Origin: Lytechinus pictus
Taxonomy: Eukaryota
Length of the DNA stretch: 64,000 bases
Reading direction: 5' to 3'
Assembly (NCBI RefSeq): GCF_037042905.1
Contig: NC_087250.1
Span: 14,944,001-15,008,000 of the forward strand
Shown here: in pieces, positions 37,967 to 52,404 of the stretch
How positions within the stretch are numbered: position 1 is the first letter of the stretch
Layout: each line of letters starts with the position of its first letter
Program-made: the position numbers and the translations under genes
The notes under the pieces: generated by a model
Database searches by the model: none
What the model was told of the DNA's origin: nothing
What the model saw: the letters and a program-made list of their open reading frames with translations, nothing else

Positions 37967-38586
37967 TGACCAATGTTTTCTTCTTTATCTTCTTATTCTC
38001 CTCCTCATCCTCCTTCTTCGTCTTCTTCTTCTTCTTCATATCCTTCTCCTCCTCCTCCTCCTCCTCCATCTTTGTCTTTCAGGACCCTGTAGTATTTAGC
38101 TTAGTGATTAATTGTGGAGATGATTATAACGATTGAAATGTGTATGATTGTGTATGATCATTCATAACAATTAGCCCCAATTTGCATCTCCCTTGAATGA
38201 AATATATTTTCTGCTCTATTTTTCACTGTACAGTTTCATGATACAGGTATATCAATGTAATCATTGTATAAATCTGTCAGCCACCCTTCCTTCTTATATT
38301 TCTTCATTTTTTCAGCAACAAAGATCTACATACTCCATTCGTTCTTCAGCTGCTCCTTCCCATGTCATTCCAAAATCCAGAAAACAGGCTGGCATCAATT
38401 CTTTTTAATCTCTTGCCCCTCCCCGACCTTGAGAACAAACTACCTCCATCTCTCCGAAACATCTCTTCTCTTGACCTCTTCAAAAAACATCTTAAAACAC
38501 ACTTATATAACCATAAACCTTAACTTGTCATATGCCATTAACAACTCTTTGAATCCTCTGGAAAAAGTTCTATATAAATCCAATAA

Positions 38587-38793
<207 letters not shown>

Positions 38794-39077
38794 TAATGAC
38801 CACAATTTACTTTAGCAAGATATTATTACGCTGCACTCAACCCAGGTGGGGTCAACTGGGATCTGGCAGGAATTGATTCCTTGAAATGCAATGCTTGTGA
38901 CAACTGCTCTGCTAAAGCCAGAGTTATTAGATGCATTAACTGTCGAGCAATTAAAGACTCCTGATAAAGTAAATGTTAAGTGATATAAAGCAAGTAGTAT
39001 TATTGACATTTTTATGACTAATATAAATGATGCTTATTGTTATTGTTATCAGTTGATATGATTTTTTTTTCATTCAG

Positions 39078-39323
39078 TCTACGTTCCTAAAGTTAGCCGG
39101 CCCTCAGCTTGTTCAGATGTTCATCGGAGACGGGGCTAAGCTCGTCAGGGATGCATTCGCACTCGCCAAGGAGAAGCTTCCAGCGATCATCTTCATCGAT
39201 GAGTTGGATGCAATCGGTACCAAGAGGTTTGATAGTGAGAAGGCCGGAGACAGGGAAGTTCAACGAACTATGCTGGAACTTTTGAATCAGCTAGATGGAT
39301 TTAGTTCATCAGAAGAAATCAAG
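39078..39323 (+). CDS. PSMC3: Rpt5 exon 8 (Walker [25 protein letters not shown])
   Basis: ttcAG acceptor, AAG|GTATGC donor. Confidence 0.97.
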
Positions 39324-40047
39324 GTATGCCTCTTTTTTTCTATCGAATAAAAAATCTCAGCTCCGTAGTATGCATAATATTGTACCTGCATACTTGTCTG
39401 ACAATTACTTCAAGCATGTTTTTGGTAAGTTCCCTCAAATGTTTCCTTCACTATTAAAATTCATTTCTATGTTATATGAATGTATATGCCCTAAAATCGC
39501 TATGACGTGGATGAATAAAACAAAACAAAAAAAAACGAAAAGGTGGTTTACAGGATATATATTGTTTTAATTGAAAATTTATTTTGCCCAATTGAAATGA
39601 AATATCTTCATGTGTTATGTTTATGAAACTTATTTCAAGTTATGGAATAGGATTAAATGTCAGGATATAATCTTTCTTTGTAGCTTTGAAATATCGAATG
39701 TTTAAGTGTTCAAAGTGCTTTTTTTAGAATAAAAATGAACACAGAAAGAGGGTGTTTGAATTTTAACAGTTGAAGAAAGCTCCAATGAGGACTACACTTT
39801 TGTATGAATGGAATTTTTCATGATATTTGAGTTATAACGCACATTATTTACCCTTTAAGCTTTCACTGGTATTTGAAGAATAATTCCAATATCTGTTGAC
39901 TTTTCAGCTGAAATAAACAAATGTTTGTTTTGTTTTTACTTTTATTGATTGACTTATCAATGCAGTTTATGGATTCATCCCAATAGCTTCTTGCAATAAA
40001 GGAAGACTGGGATAAACTGGTATGCTTTGAACCAAAAGTTTAATTAG

Positions 40048-40236
<189 letters not shown>

Positions 40237-40337
40237 TGAGTGCATACCTATCAAGTGTTCGCATTTAATACGCAAGGTACTCCAGGAAAATAATATCTAA
40301 ATAAATAGCGTAAAATTTATCAAGTGTTCCTGGTTAA

Positions 40338-40897
40338 AGTGGTACTCCAGGCTGAAAATAATATCTAAATAAGTAGAGTATAATTCACTGAGCAAAATGC
40401 TAAAAAATTTCATCCAAATCTGAGAACAACCAACAAAGTTATTGAATTTTAAAGTTTAGCAATATTTTGTGAAAACAGTTATATGCACATCGTCATGAAT
40501 ATTCATTAGGTGGGCTGATGATGTCATGTCCTCATTTTGCTTTTTCCTATATTATTACCTGAAATCAAAATTATTTCATATTTTCTTACATGTTTATGAT
40601 ATGTCCTCCTTGTAAGCAGTTGCCAATCCATTTTTTTTACTCTTGGAGGACAAAATTTGAATAAATATGATATCACATTTTTAGATACAAAAGAACAATT
40701 GGGGATTATGACACCATCAATTTGCTCATGGAATATTCGTGAAGACATGCATAGAACTGTGTCATCGAAATAATGCAAAATTTTATATTGTAATAACTTT
40801 GTTATTCCTTGTCTGATTTTGATCAAATTTTCGATGTTTTGTTTGCCTGATTTTTCTCTATCTGTTTGATCATATTATTTTCAGCCTGAAGTATCCC
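40338..40897. mobile_element. TTAA-site MITE with long TIRs
   Basis: TTAA flanks; tactccaggctgaaaataat / attattttcagcctgaagta; same family as 53155-53737. Confidence 0.8.
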
Positions 40898-41680
40898 TTA
40901 AATAGGAATATTACTATTATTGGGAAAAGAAAGGTGCCATTTAAACTGTATAATCCTAGTTCCGTGAACAAAAATTCTGTATTATTGAATTAGAAAATGT
41001 AAGAATTTATTCCTATTTCGGAGTAATTTGTGTATATTCCTTGGCTGTCAGTGTTGGCAGATATGTTCAGAGCAGAATAATATTCAGGGCTCTGTTACAC
41101 AAAGGATAGTGATTGATCGCTAATTTGAAAGAACAATTCTGATTGGTTCCATATCACTCTGTTGAGCAAAATGCGCATGCAACAATGGTCTTGATATGCC
41201 ATTTCATTTAGCGATTAATCGCTAACCTTTGTGTTATTGGACCCAGGTAGGGGCTTAGCAATAATGTTTAAACCCCATTCAAACAACTGTTAAAAGCATA
41301 AACATTTTCCAATTTTTACAACAGTTTGACCTTATGGAGAGAGAGAGTGTTTAAAAAAATTCCCCAAAAGTTGCTGAAATTTCAAATTTCACATCTCTAC
41401 ATCCATGATATGACCATCTATTCTCCATATTTCCTTGAAATGATTTTTATTTATTGGGGAACTATAAAGAAAATGAAGAATATGCCTTCTTTATTAACTC
41501 TGAAAGATTGTTTTCAGTTAAAGTTACTCTCTGTCTACCTACACGAAAGTCTATATTTGGGACCACAATATGTATTAATATGTTTGAACAGACTATGAAT
41601 TCATCTGTTAACCACTTTGATGATTTTCTGTGACCTTATATTATTACTTTTCATAATATTTGGAATCCATGAAAGTATAA

Positions 41681-41854
<174 letters not shown>

Positions 41855-42319
41855 TGAGAATGTGACCCCGGGGAAAAAGCTTGGGAAAGAAAACATACCC
41901 TAAATATGTTTGACCCTGCAATTGACCATTGACCAGTCTTTCAAAACCACCCTTTTTCTTGAAAATCTGTGTTTTTGATACCCTTAACGAGTGCATGCGT
42001 GGCCCGCATCCAAAACTGAAAAAAACACCCCTTTAAACGCGTTTTTGGTCACGCATGTGTAAAGCAATATATTTGACTGCCCCCCCCCCCCTGGGACTTA
42101 TTCAACACTTAAATCATCTTTCCTGTGAACTTGGTGTCCAATACTACATGTTCCTTTCATGTCTCCTAGGTATATTTTTTTTCGTTATAATTTTCCAATA
42201 GGAAAAGAATGCATAGGGACATGCAATCTGCTATGTGTGATGCGCTAGAAAAGAACCAAGTATTATTATTATTACTAGGATTTGGCTTTAAGAAAATATT
42301 TTTTTATCTTTGTTTTCAG

Positions 42320-42430
42320 GGTATGATCGCTTTGCGTCGTGGAGCCACTGAACTCATGCACGAAGACTACATGGATGGTATCCTGGAAGTACAATCCAAA
42401 AAGAAAGCAAATCTCAACTATTATGCTTAA
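42320..42430 (+). CDS. PSMC3: Rpt5 exon 11 (GMIALRR...[10 protein letters not shown], HbYX C-terminus)
   Basis: ttcAG acceptor; the 11 exons sum to 1293 nt = 430 aa + stop; YYA C-terminus is characteristic of Rpt5. Confidence 0.97.
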   Translation, partial: GMIALRRGATELMHEDYMDGILEVQSKKKANLNYYA

Positions 42431-42989
42431 TTAATTTAGTTTTATAGCTATTATATATAGTCCCAATTGGTTCCATTTGTGTTAACAATGATACCGTCTG
42501 CGGACTAGATTTCCCAGCATTAATCACAATACTATGGGCCACATATCTTCTGGGGGGTGTTTCACAAAGATTTAAGTATGACTTAAAGTCAAACTTAAAT
42601 GCCTAGTTGCCTGCGATATAAAAGGCATGAATGCATCGGTCAGATGCCAAGAGGACGCGCACTACTGTGCATTGATCAATAAGATTGCGCTCTGCATATC
42701 ATGTTCGCGTCAGAATTTGATTTGCGATTCTTAATACTTGACTCTTTGTGAACCCCCCCCCCCCCCCCCCCCCCGCTTAAGCTTCCTTGCAATATACCTT
42801 TGCACAGCGAACCTGCCAGCTGTCCATGTTTTATACAGACGGTCCTATTTGGGAAAAGAGAAAGCCCCTTTGACCATTGTGTCCCTGTTTTTGAAAAGTT
42901 TGTTTGCAAAAATGAATAGAACACTCTGCAATGTCCCTATTTTCAGCCCTTGTATGCCCGATTTGTCCCACTTTCATGGGCTTCAGGGT

Positions 42990-44010
42990 TAGCAGTTAAT
43001 GCAATCTGTGAGTATGGGAATTTCAGTTTAAAAAAAAAATTGTCCTTCATGAATGGGTATTTGAGCGATTCCATGACATTTGCTCCGCTCTCAATTCCAC
43101 ACACTAATCGAATGACCAACTTCTCCATATTGGCATGAGAAGAACAGCAAATGAACCCATTTTTTCGTCTTTGATATTGCTCAGGTTTTGAATATCTGAC
43201 CTGTCGATCTGTGCGATATTATCAATCAATACTGTGAGAGGGAATTTCAGTATAATGGCGTTTCTTCATGATTGGGTACTTGTGCAGATAGCTCACCATA
43301 TTGGCACAAGAATAACACTTGGCAGATTCTCAAACTAAACTCATTTTTTGTCTTTATATTGCCAACTTTTTGAAATATAACCTGTCATATTGTTTGAAAA
43401 CTCTGGGAATATTATCTAGGAGCCTTCCTTCATAAATGGGTATTTATGCAAATAAATTGCCCTTTTTTGCACAAGAACAGCACTTGGTAGACGCTCAATT
43501 TAAATCGATTTCATCTTTGATATTGCCAAGGTTTTGACATTTGACCCGTCAATTTGTATGATATTATCAATCAATACTCTGTGTGAATTCAGTATAAGCG
43601 CCTTTCTTTCATAAGAAGGAATTTGTGCAAATAAATCTCCCTTTTGCACAAACACAACACTTGGCAGACTCTCAAGTTAAACACATTTGTAATCTTTGAT
43701 ATTGCTCAGGTTTTTACATTTGATTTGTGTGATAATATTATCAATTGATACTGTTGAGTAAGGGAATTTCAGTCAGAGAGCCCTCTTTCATGAATGGGTA
43801 TTTATGTGGATAGCTCACTCAATTGGTATGTGAAAAACACTGGTAAACCCTAAAATTAATCCCATTTCTTCATAGGGGGTAAATGTGAAAATTACAAGTA
43901 GATAGATGGCCAGCTCAAGGATGTTCAACACTCAGATCACCCCGGCCCACTCGGGTATTTTGACAGTTTAGGTATCGACAAGGTTTTCACATTTGACCCC
44001 ATCCAATTTG
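42990..44010. repeat. Degenerate tandem repeat of about 170-220 bp, about 5 copies, downstream of the PSMC3 stop
   Basis: Recurrent gggaatttcagt, cttcatgaatgggtattt, gcacaagaacagcacttgg and tctttgatattgc blocks. Confidence 0.75.
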
Positions 44011-44410
44011 GTGGATTCACAATACGGTGCGCCATCTATTGTTTGCTGCGGACAGGCCGAAATTTGCAATGCCTTATGGGGAAAAAGTCGACATCTGATG
44101 TGCACGTGCATGCAAAATGCTGCACTGGCCATGGCGGTTCGACTGGTTTGCATGAAATTACGCTGTATACCAGGGACCAGGAGGTTGGAGAGAAATTTGT
44201 AAAAATAAAGAAGAAAATATTGATTTGCGAAATATAGACCATTTTCGGTGAATTCTTCCTCCGCTTTTGCCATTATGGTTTTCATTTTTGAAGCATCACA
44301 GTCACGTAGCACTATGCGCTGCCTGCCCCTTCACGTGATGTTGACCCAAAGTTAGAAATTGGGCGTGTCCGCTGCAACTGATAAATGGCACACCGTATTG
44401 TAAATCCACC
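44010..44410. mobile_element. MITE
   Basis: TIR GGTGGATTCACAATACGGTGCGCCAT / ATGGCACACCGTATTGTAAATCCACC. Confidence 0.78.
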
Positions 44411-45109
44411 GAATGGTTTGATATTGACTATAGAATGATTGGCTCATCCCCTTCGTTAATCAGGGGGATGTTTCACCAAACCGTTTGTTAGTTATATTTG
44501 ACATTATATGATTGACTAGAACGTGTTCCTGTGCAAAGTGAAATACCCAATATATTCTTGTGATAGATTGGATGCCTCAAATTTGCCCTGGTGTTTTCTT
44601 TTTCCATCATCCAAGGTACATGTTCCTCTATTTGTGAAGAAAGCCAATGATTAGTGACCAACTTCTTATTTTTTATTGATTTTTTGTTGGAAGGGGGGGG
44701 GGGGGTGGGTCACCGACACCCGACTTAGAAATAAGGTCTTTATTCAAGGGTCCTTAGGAATGCTTTGTAAAAAAAAATGAATGTACATGTAGAAATGTGA
44801 TTTATGATATTGTTTTGGTAATGTTTATCTTGGTGTAACCAGGATAATAAAATAAGTTTAAACTGTTAAAACACCGGAGCAGTCTCTGTACTTTCATGAT
44901 TTCTATTCTATATATGTATGCGAGTTTGATTTGTGAGGTGGAGTGTATCTGTGGACATGCATTTACAGTGAAATTGTGAGAGGAAGAGAGAGGGGAAAGG
45001 CAGAGGGATAAAGAGAGAGAGGTAGAGGGAAGAGGGGGGGGGGGGTCAAAGGTTACATTTTTCGTTGAGTATACATGATGGATGTGAAGCAATCAAGTCG
45101 CACTATATA

Positions 45110-45593
45110 CAGTGCATCCCAGAAAAAAGGAAAGCGGGATTCCCGGCAAATGAATTTTGATATTTCATCTGAATATTCATATCATTTTTATAACTAATTT
45201 AGGACAAACACTTCATGCATTAATGAGTAAGACGAGTTCGAAATTTAATGTCAATACCAGGTTGCGCAGAAAAATTGGACAAGATTGTTTCATGATACGA
45301 CCGTGCATATTCGACGATTGGCTCATTAGCATTTCTTTTGAATTCTTAGTTAAGCATTTCTCACTGATCCCTGAAATGAGAGTGGAATCAGATTCACACG
45401 TAAGTTTCTGCGCATATTGTTTCTGATACACCTCAATATTTATTGTTTGTAACATGCCATGCGTGAATGACTTGCTAAGCTGTTGAGAGATGAGATTCCA
45501 CTCTTGCCATGAGTATACAATTTATAATAAAAACATTTAATAATTGTGAAATCTATCTCTGAAAACTGGTTTCCTTTTTGGTGGGACGCCCTG
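45110..45593. mobile_element. Tc1/mariner-type MITE
   Basis: TA-CAGTGCATCCCAGAAAAAAGGAAA...TTTCCTTTTTGGTGGGACGCCCTG-TA. Confidence 0.82.
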
Positions 45594-47930
45594 TATATAT
45601 TTATATTGCAATCTGATTTTTATCTGGAAAATTTGAAATTTATTTTGGCCTGATCTGAAGACTGCAAAAATTGTCCAAGTTTAAATATGGACGAGATGTT
45701 TTGCAATGGTTCAAGAAAATGTTCATGTGTATTATATTGTCTACAACCCTCACAAACATCTTGTCCTGCATTAAACTCGGCTGATTTTTATTTGGAACAT
45801 AACAAATTTGCAGATAATCTGAATTTTTATTATTTCTGTTTTGAAATATGAAATAGCAAATATAAAGCCCTGGATAATGAAATAATACAATTAGCATATT
45901 TTTCAAATCACTTCACAGAGTTTCCTACAACACAACAGTTCTTTTAAAAATGCAAGTCAAGTCATAATGCACAGCCAAGAGGTTTTTGTCAAAATTTGGT
46001 GGACCAGGACAGCAGATCGATAAAAAATTGTTAATATGTCATTTGTCCAGGATGACACTCTGTTTTGATTCACCGATGATCGACAAAGGCTGTTTAGTCA
46101 TTGAAGGGCCTTGACAAAAGATTCTCTGCGTTATAGAAAGCGTCTGCATAGCGATTGTAAAAATGCCCTAATAATGTCTCCAAAAAGTATCCGAAAAAAT
46201 TGCATCTCTGATCTTGTGGCGACACAGCATTTGCCCTTGCGACAATTGCTCCGGTCTCAAGATCTCAGAAAAACATAGGATTAGAGTTAGGATTGTAAGA
46301 GTTTTCGGTTCAGAATAATGTAAAGATTGAATTAGGGTTTATTTAGTTTTGGAGGTTAGGTTTAGTTTAATGTGCAGATTTCCATCAGAGCAATTGTCGC
46401 AGGAGCAAATGTCATGGAATCGATCTTGTATCTTATATTGCGATTGGGCGGAATTAGCCTCTCCCCAACAATCAATATTTTAGGTGCCCATTCTTATTTC
46501 CAGTAACAAAGAGATATTGTTTTTCATCACTCCTTATCAGTTCCAATAATTTGATCGTACAAAAGTTTATAGAGTGATTTTTTACTGTGAGAAAATTGCA
46601 TCACTTTTTGACTCCAAGAATTGGGCCACAAATTCAGACCATCATTTATGTTGCGTATTGTTAAAAGTAAAGTTCACCACAAGAAAAAGTTTATTTGAAT
46701 GGCTTGTCATAAATTGCATCTTTTGAGATAACTATAAGTAAAAACGAGGATGAATTGGCCTAAAATTTTGTTGGAGTAGAGAAAGGGAGAAACTTTAATG
46801 TTTTTAAAAGAAAAATGCCCGTTTTGCTATTTGGTTACCTAATCATTGCAATATGTATGTAATGAACAGTGAAATTGTGTGATCATTCAAGTGGGCCTAA
46901 AATACAAGACTACACTCCACAGAATGTTGCATTATGGGTAATGGTTCTTGCCAGATACTAGTAAATGAGGACTTGAGGTGGAGCTATTAAGGCTGATGCC
47001 TGATGGGTCAAGTCCACCCCAGAAAATTGTCGATTTTAATCAAGAGAGAAAAAATAAACAAGCATAATGCTGAAAATTTCATCACAATCGAAGGAAAAAT
47101 ATGAAAGTTATGGCTTTTTAAAGTTTCGCTTATTTTTCACAACTCAGTGATATGCAAATGGGAGAGTCGATGATGTCCCTCACTATTTCTTTTGTTTTTT
47201 ATTGTTTGAATCATATAATATTTCAATTTTTACAGATTTGACCATAAGGATCAACTTGACTGAACCAGAAAATGATAAAACAATGAATGATATTTCCACA
47301 TGTTCAGGGAGGAAGAATACTTTGTTTTACAGGAGAATGAGGAAAAAATTAGAATATTTCATTTTTCATGTAATAAATTACAAGAGATAGTGAGCGAGTG
47401 ACGTCATCACTCCACACATTTGCGTACCGATCAGGATGTGCCTATAACTGTCAAATTTTCAGCGTTATGCTTGTTGGATTTTGCTCCTTTTATTCACATC
47501 AACTTTTTGGGGGTGGACTTATCCATTAACATCTGCTTCAGAAGAAATTTTCAGAATTAAAGCTGGTTTGATTTTTATCTTTTCATTATATTAAATCAAT
47601 TTTTCTTGTGCAATCTTGACTTTACAAATATAGGCCATTACAAAACCAAACTCAATGAGATAACCGCACTCTTACGAAACAAATAAAACAAACACTTCAT
47701 GTACTTTGTGTATGTGGCTCTTCCTTTGTTGGGTTTATTGTGTGTTTCGTTCAAAGCATGAAAAGAAACAGTTGTTGCAACATCAGTATACCTCTGCCAA
47801 CCAGAATATTCCAAGTTACTTTCAATCCATCGAGATGTCCTGTGATTATGTTTCGGGTACAAGTAGTTGATTATTCAAATTGATATCCCATAATAGTCTA
47901 TGTATGTGAAATGTCCTCGAGGTCACATGA

Positions 47931-48089
47931 TCATTCGTTCTCCTCGCTGCGGAGCCTGGCGTTGCCGTTGGTAACCTTGATAGCGAGCTGTTGGGCTCGC
48001 TCCACGATGGACTTGCGCTTGCGAGAGGAGACACCGTGGGCGATCTCGGCGGCAAATTTCCTGTTGCTCATCATCAGAACTTCAAGTTC
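47931..48089 (-). CDS. RPL32: RPL32 last coding exon (ELEVLMM...[10 protein letters not shown])
   Basis: atcAG acceptor; conserved C-terminus; 136 aa in total. Confidence 0.97.
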   Translation of the reverse strand, partial: ELEVLMMSNRKFAAEIAHGVSSRKRKSIVERAQQLAIKVTNGNARLRSEENE

Positions 48090-49088
48090 CTGATTAAGAG
48101 AAAACAAAGAGTTATTGTTAAATAATAATAATAATAATAATAATACATGAGATTTATATAGCGCACTTTCCATCTTGATTAGATGCTCAAGGCGCTTCAG
48201 AGCCGAACAACAAAAACTATTTACATATAATACATGTCTGAACAATAAGTCAATGTCTATCAAAAGACACTCTTATACAGGTATGTTTTCAGGTTGCATT
48301 TGAAGGTGGTCACTGAAGTCTGGGTTTTCAAACTGTTTGGGAGAGAATTCCACAAGCTAGGCCCTGCATGAGCAAAGGCCCGCTCCCCGCATGATTTCTT
48401 AGCAACTGGAATTTGTAAGAGATTAGATGATGAGGATCATAAATTTCTTGAGGGTTAAAGAATGACACTTGTATTTTATGGGGGGGGGGGGGGAGGAAGG
48501 AAGGTGAATTACTGATGTCCAAGAATAAAAGGCACTATGCCAGGTTCACTTTGAATGTCTCATATCATAATAAAGTCAGCATCTTCACCACTCTTGCAGA
48601 GTGGATATGAGCATTTCAAGTCAGACGGGCGTTGGCTTTCATGGAGAATTGATAATTATTTGCTGACCCCTTTTAATACAATACTAAAGAGAATTTGAAA
48701 TGCCTGTAACAGAGACATCTTTGGAAAAAAGCAATCGTGGTGTACTAGCAAGAAATTCGGCCAAGCCTACTTAGCTTCGGCCAACTGGCAGGTCAGGCCT
48801 TTAATAAATTACAATATCATCACTGCGCACAGAGAATAAAGTCAAAATATAATGTGTAATGTACATTCATTACACATTCTTGTACATTCTTCCAAGACCG
48901 CGGTGGGATTCGAACACACGACCCTCTGTTCAAAAGGCGAGAGCCAGAACCACTACACCACGGCTGTCCAACATTGATCTTCATCTAAAACCAATCAATG
49001 GATATCATGTTCATCCAATCAAAGAAATCAATAGTATGATTAATTGCTCAGCATAGTGTGACGACCCCAGAAGGAGGTACATACATAC

Positions 49089-49241
49089 CTTAACATTGTG
49101 GACGAGGAACTTGCGGAAGCCAGAGGGGAGCATATGGCGTGTCTTCTTGGCGCTTCCATAACCGACGTTGGGCATACGAAGCTGACCCTTGAATCGCCTC
49201 CTCACACGGTTATCAATACCCTTTGGACGACGCCAGCTTGG
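49089..49241 (-). CDS. RPL32: RPL32 second coding exon ([19 protein letters not shown]...HNVK)
   Basis: Signature [17 protein letters not shown]; tacAG acceptor, AAG|GTATGT donor. Confidence 0.97.
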
Positions 49242-50131
49242 CTGTAGAGGAAGCACAGATAGGTTTGTGATAAATAATTAAAATATTTCCAAACAAATTG
49301 GTAACTTGAGGGAGGGGTGAGAAAAAGTAGTCTGGGGATTAGATCTTTGATCAACAAGTAGGTATTCATATATCAAAAGACTAGTGTTTGGAATTTGCTG
49401 TTTTAATATGAGGGCCTTCAGTACACAAGACATTGCAGGCGGTTCCATGACAATTGCTCCGCTCTAAATTCAACACACTAATTCAGAGATGCCAACCTGA
49501 TCAAGAACATTTCAGTATTTCAAAGGCTGAAAATCAGTATTTTCACAGAAATACCATAAGACAGCACATAAACATAAACTTTAGAAATCATTATTTTGCA
49601 TGAAATCACCAGTATTCTTTTTAATTTTTCAGTAATAATTACTGAAAACCAGTACTACTTGGCAGCTCTGCAGTAATCGAATGACCAACTTTAACCCTGG
49701 TTTAACACTATACCCTACCCTAACCTAACCCTAAACCTAACATAAAACCCTATTGCAAACCTAACCCTACATTGTCGCAGGAAATAGTGTTGCGTCACCT
49801 TGCAGGCCGTGTATTCAGACCACATTACTTGAGTGAAGGATTTGCACAGCAGATGGGGAGGGAGAGAGAATGGTGTTAGTTCTAGGAGTGTTCATGATGT
49901 TTCAAGAAAAATTCAAAAATATATAAAGTTTTTTCCCCCCACAATCATCTCAAAGTTAAATCTGTATCTCATTTTCACAAGTAGACCTGATTACCTTTGC
50001 TTTAACTTAACAATTTTAATGATGTTAATCTTTAATTTGATTGGCTGTTGACCCCTGTTTAATACTATGGCAGTTAACAAACATGGATCATAAAAATGGT
50101 TTCTTGATGCAGGCACCTGAACATGTATGGA

Positions 50132-50266
50132 ATATGTAGTCAGATCTTAAATCCAGTAACTCATTGCCTGGGTCAGTGGAAGTTATAATCTGACTGGGTT
50201 TTCTCTAGCACCGACTACAAGCCCAGGGAGTACAAAGAACTCCTTGGGTCTGCTCAATTTGGTGCA
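50132..50266 (-). ncRNA. Intronic H/ACA snoRNA, copy 1 (RPL32 intron 2)
   Basis: Sense to host. Hairpin 1 GCACC...GGUGC, H box AGAGAA (50206-50201), hairpin 2 AGUCAGAU...AUCUGACU, ACA box (50137-50135) plus 3 nt; 135 nt; conserved in the second copy. Confidence 0.88.
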
Positions 50267-51396
50267 CAGTCCTTGAAGAGTAATGAACAGTGCCAGCCGC
50301 ACAGAAACATTGTTAGCCTAACAGAGCGCTAAGTCCAGTCACATCTTAAGAATTGTGAAGTCAAAACATTTATTTCAATGTGTAAGTAATGCATTGTAGT
50401 AACACTAGGCATCACTGCCACATTAACGGTTGTAACTGGACCTCTGTTGGTGCATTGTTAGCGCTAACAACGTTTCTGTGCGGTCAGTACAGGATTAAAA
50501 ACACAAACAAACAGAAATGAAATATGTCAAAAGAAACGTTGCCCCCAAATCTCCAAAATAGCTCCTCAAAATTGGAAAAGAATGATCATCAATTGGTCAG
50601 TACAGGATTAAAAAAAAAAAAAAAAAAACGAAATGAAATATGTCAAAGGAACGTTGCCCCCAAATCCCCAAAGAAGCTCCTCAAAATTGGAAAAGAATGA
50701 TCATCAATTGTTAGTTTCAATGCAAAGTGTAATTTGGCATGATCAGAAAAAAGAAATTGGCCCCAATCCAGAGAATATTTATTAGATTCTTTCCCTGCTC
50801 ATGAATATTTCCAATGTATACAACATCATTTTATTATCAATATATAATACTAGTTAATTCTTTTTTATTGGGGGATGTGGATGGAGGAAACAATCTCATA
50901 TTATGAATAATTGCTATAAATTATTCCTTTATTTCTTTGCTTTTTTTTGGGGGGGGGAGGGGTACAGGGAGGATCTGAATATAAGATAGGTAAGAGGCAA
51001 TCTCATTATATATTTCCTTTTAAAGTTTTAGCAATTTATTTATTTTTATTTTTTTGGGGGGAGTGCAAGAAGGTTCTGGATAAAAGAGGCAACCTCAGTA
51101 TGACTTTCTTTTATTCATTCATTCATTTGTTGGGGTAGGGATGAGCTGGACAAAGGAGGCAATCACACTATATTCATTTCTTTCACTCACTCAATAAATA
51201 AAAGTGATTTATTTATTAATTTATTTATTATTATCATTAACTTTATTGGGGGCTTGGATGGGGGCAGTAGGGAGGATCAGGATAGGAGAGGCAATTTCAG
51301 TATATGATTTTTTTTCTTCATATTTTGTCAGGGAGGGGGCTAGAGAAGATGGATAAAAAAAACTGCTATGAAAGGGTGAAAACAATGAACTCTTAC

Positions 51397-51495
51397 ATGG
51401 ACTCTCAGGTAGCGATCGCACTGATGACGCTTGAAATGCTTCAGCTTCTTCTTGACGATGGTCGGCTTGATAAGGGGCCTCACTGATGGAGCCAT
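51397..51495 (-). CDS. RPL32: 60S ribosomal protein L32 (eL32), first coding exon (MAPSVRPLIKPTIVKKKLKHFKRHQCDRYLRVH)
   Basis: ATG at 51495-51493; acceptor tgcAG at 51523-51522 (exon starts 51521); donor GTAAGA at 51396. Confidence 0.95.
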
Positions 51496-52269
51496 GCTGA
51501 TTCTTGTCGCTTATTCACCGTCTGCATGGAGGAAAGATTGAAATTTTCATTGAACTTAATCTTTGATTTGTTCAGATTATACCAGGGAAAAAAATTCATA
51601 CACTGTACAGGGCTCGGGGAGATTTTAGCCCCTGAAATGCTCAAAAGAGCACTCTACAATAAAAAAACACAAAGAGCCCTGGAAAATTACAATTCACTGC
51701 AATGCTTCATGTACATATTCAGCCAGTAGGTTGGGAAAAGTAGCCCTTTAAAAATAAATATTTGTATATATTTGCCTGGTTTATACACTTCTATGGATCT
51801 TTAAAATGAAACCCTGGACTTTCCTGTGGTGCTATTAATGCATGTTCATGTAATATTTTGACTTGTGTGTTTTGTGGTGATACATGTAGGTTGTGTTGGC
51901 TTGCAATAATTCGGTAGAGCAATGGCAAACTTATCACAGGTTCATTTCGATGCAAATGCAACATGTATACAAAATGCTGTCAGATCTTAAATCTTGCACA
52001 GCAGACTGGGGTAGGGGGGGGGGGGGGGAGAGAATGGTGTAAGGTTAGTTCTAGGAGGGCTTCATTATTTTTCAAGAAAAAAAAAAAAAAGTTTTTCGCA
52101 ATCATCTCAAAGTAATAAACAAGTAGACATGATTAGCTTTGCTTTTACTCAACAATTTTACTGATGTTAATATTTATTTTGATTGGCTGTTGAATCCTGT
52201 TACTATGGCAGTTAACAAGAATGGATCATAAAAATGTTTTCTTGATACAGGCACCTGAACATGTATGGA

Positions 52270-52404
52270 ATATGTAGTCAGATCTTAAATCCAGTAACTC
52301 ATTGCCTGGGTCAGTGGTAGTTATAATCTGACTGGGTTTTCTCTCGCACCGACTACAAGCCCAGGGAGTACAAAGAACTCCTCGGGTCTGCTCAATTTGG
52401 TGCA
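52270..52404 (-). ncRNA. Intronic H/ACA snoRNA, copy 2 (RPL32 intron 1)
   Basis: Near-identical to 50132-50266 (3 substitutions by eye); H and ACA boxes intact. Confidence 0.86.

Noticed and set aside
49700..49770. CCCTAA-like telomeric repeats (and TTAGGG-like at 46280-46370)
   Set aside because: Short, degenerate and embedded in a dispersed repeat family (gacaattgctcc...tgtcgcagga); not a telomere.
50483..50712. Two-copy direct repeat of about 113 bp in RPL32 intron 2 as a possible snoRNA pair
   Set aside because: No convincing C/D or H/ACA arrangement on the host strand; treated as a simple tandem duplication.
51412..51430. RPL32 HQCDRY instead of the usual HQSDRY as a sign of a pseudogene
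   Set aside because: Frame, splice sites and the rest of the protein are intact; a single substitution is not evidence of decay.
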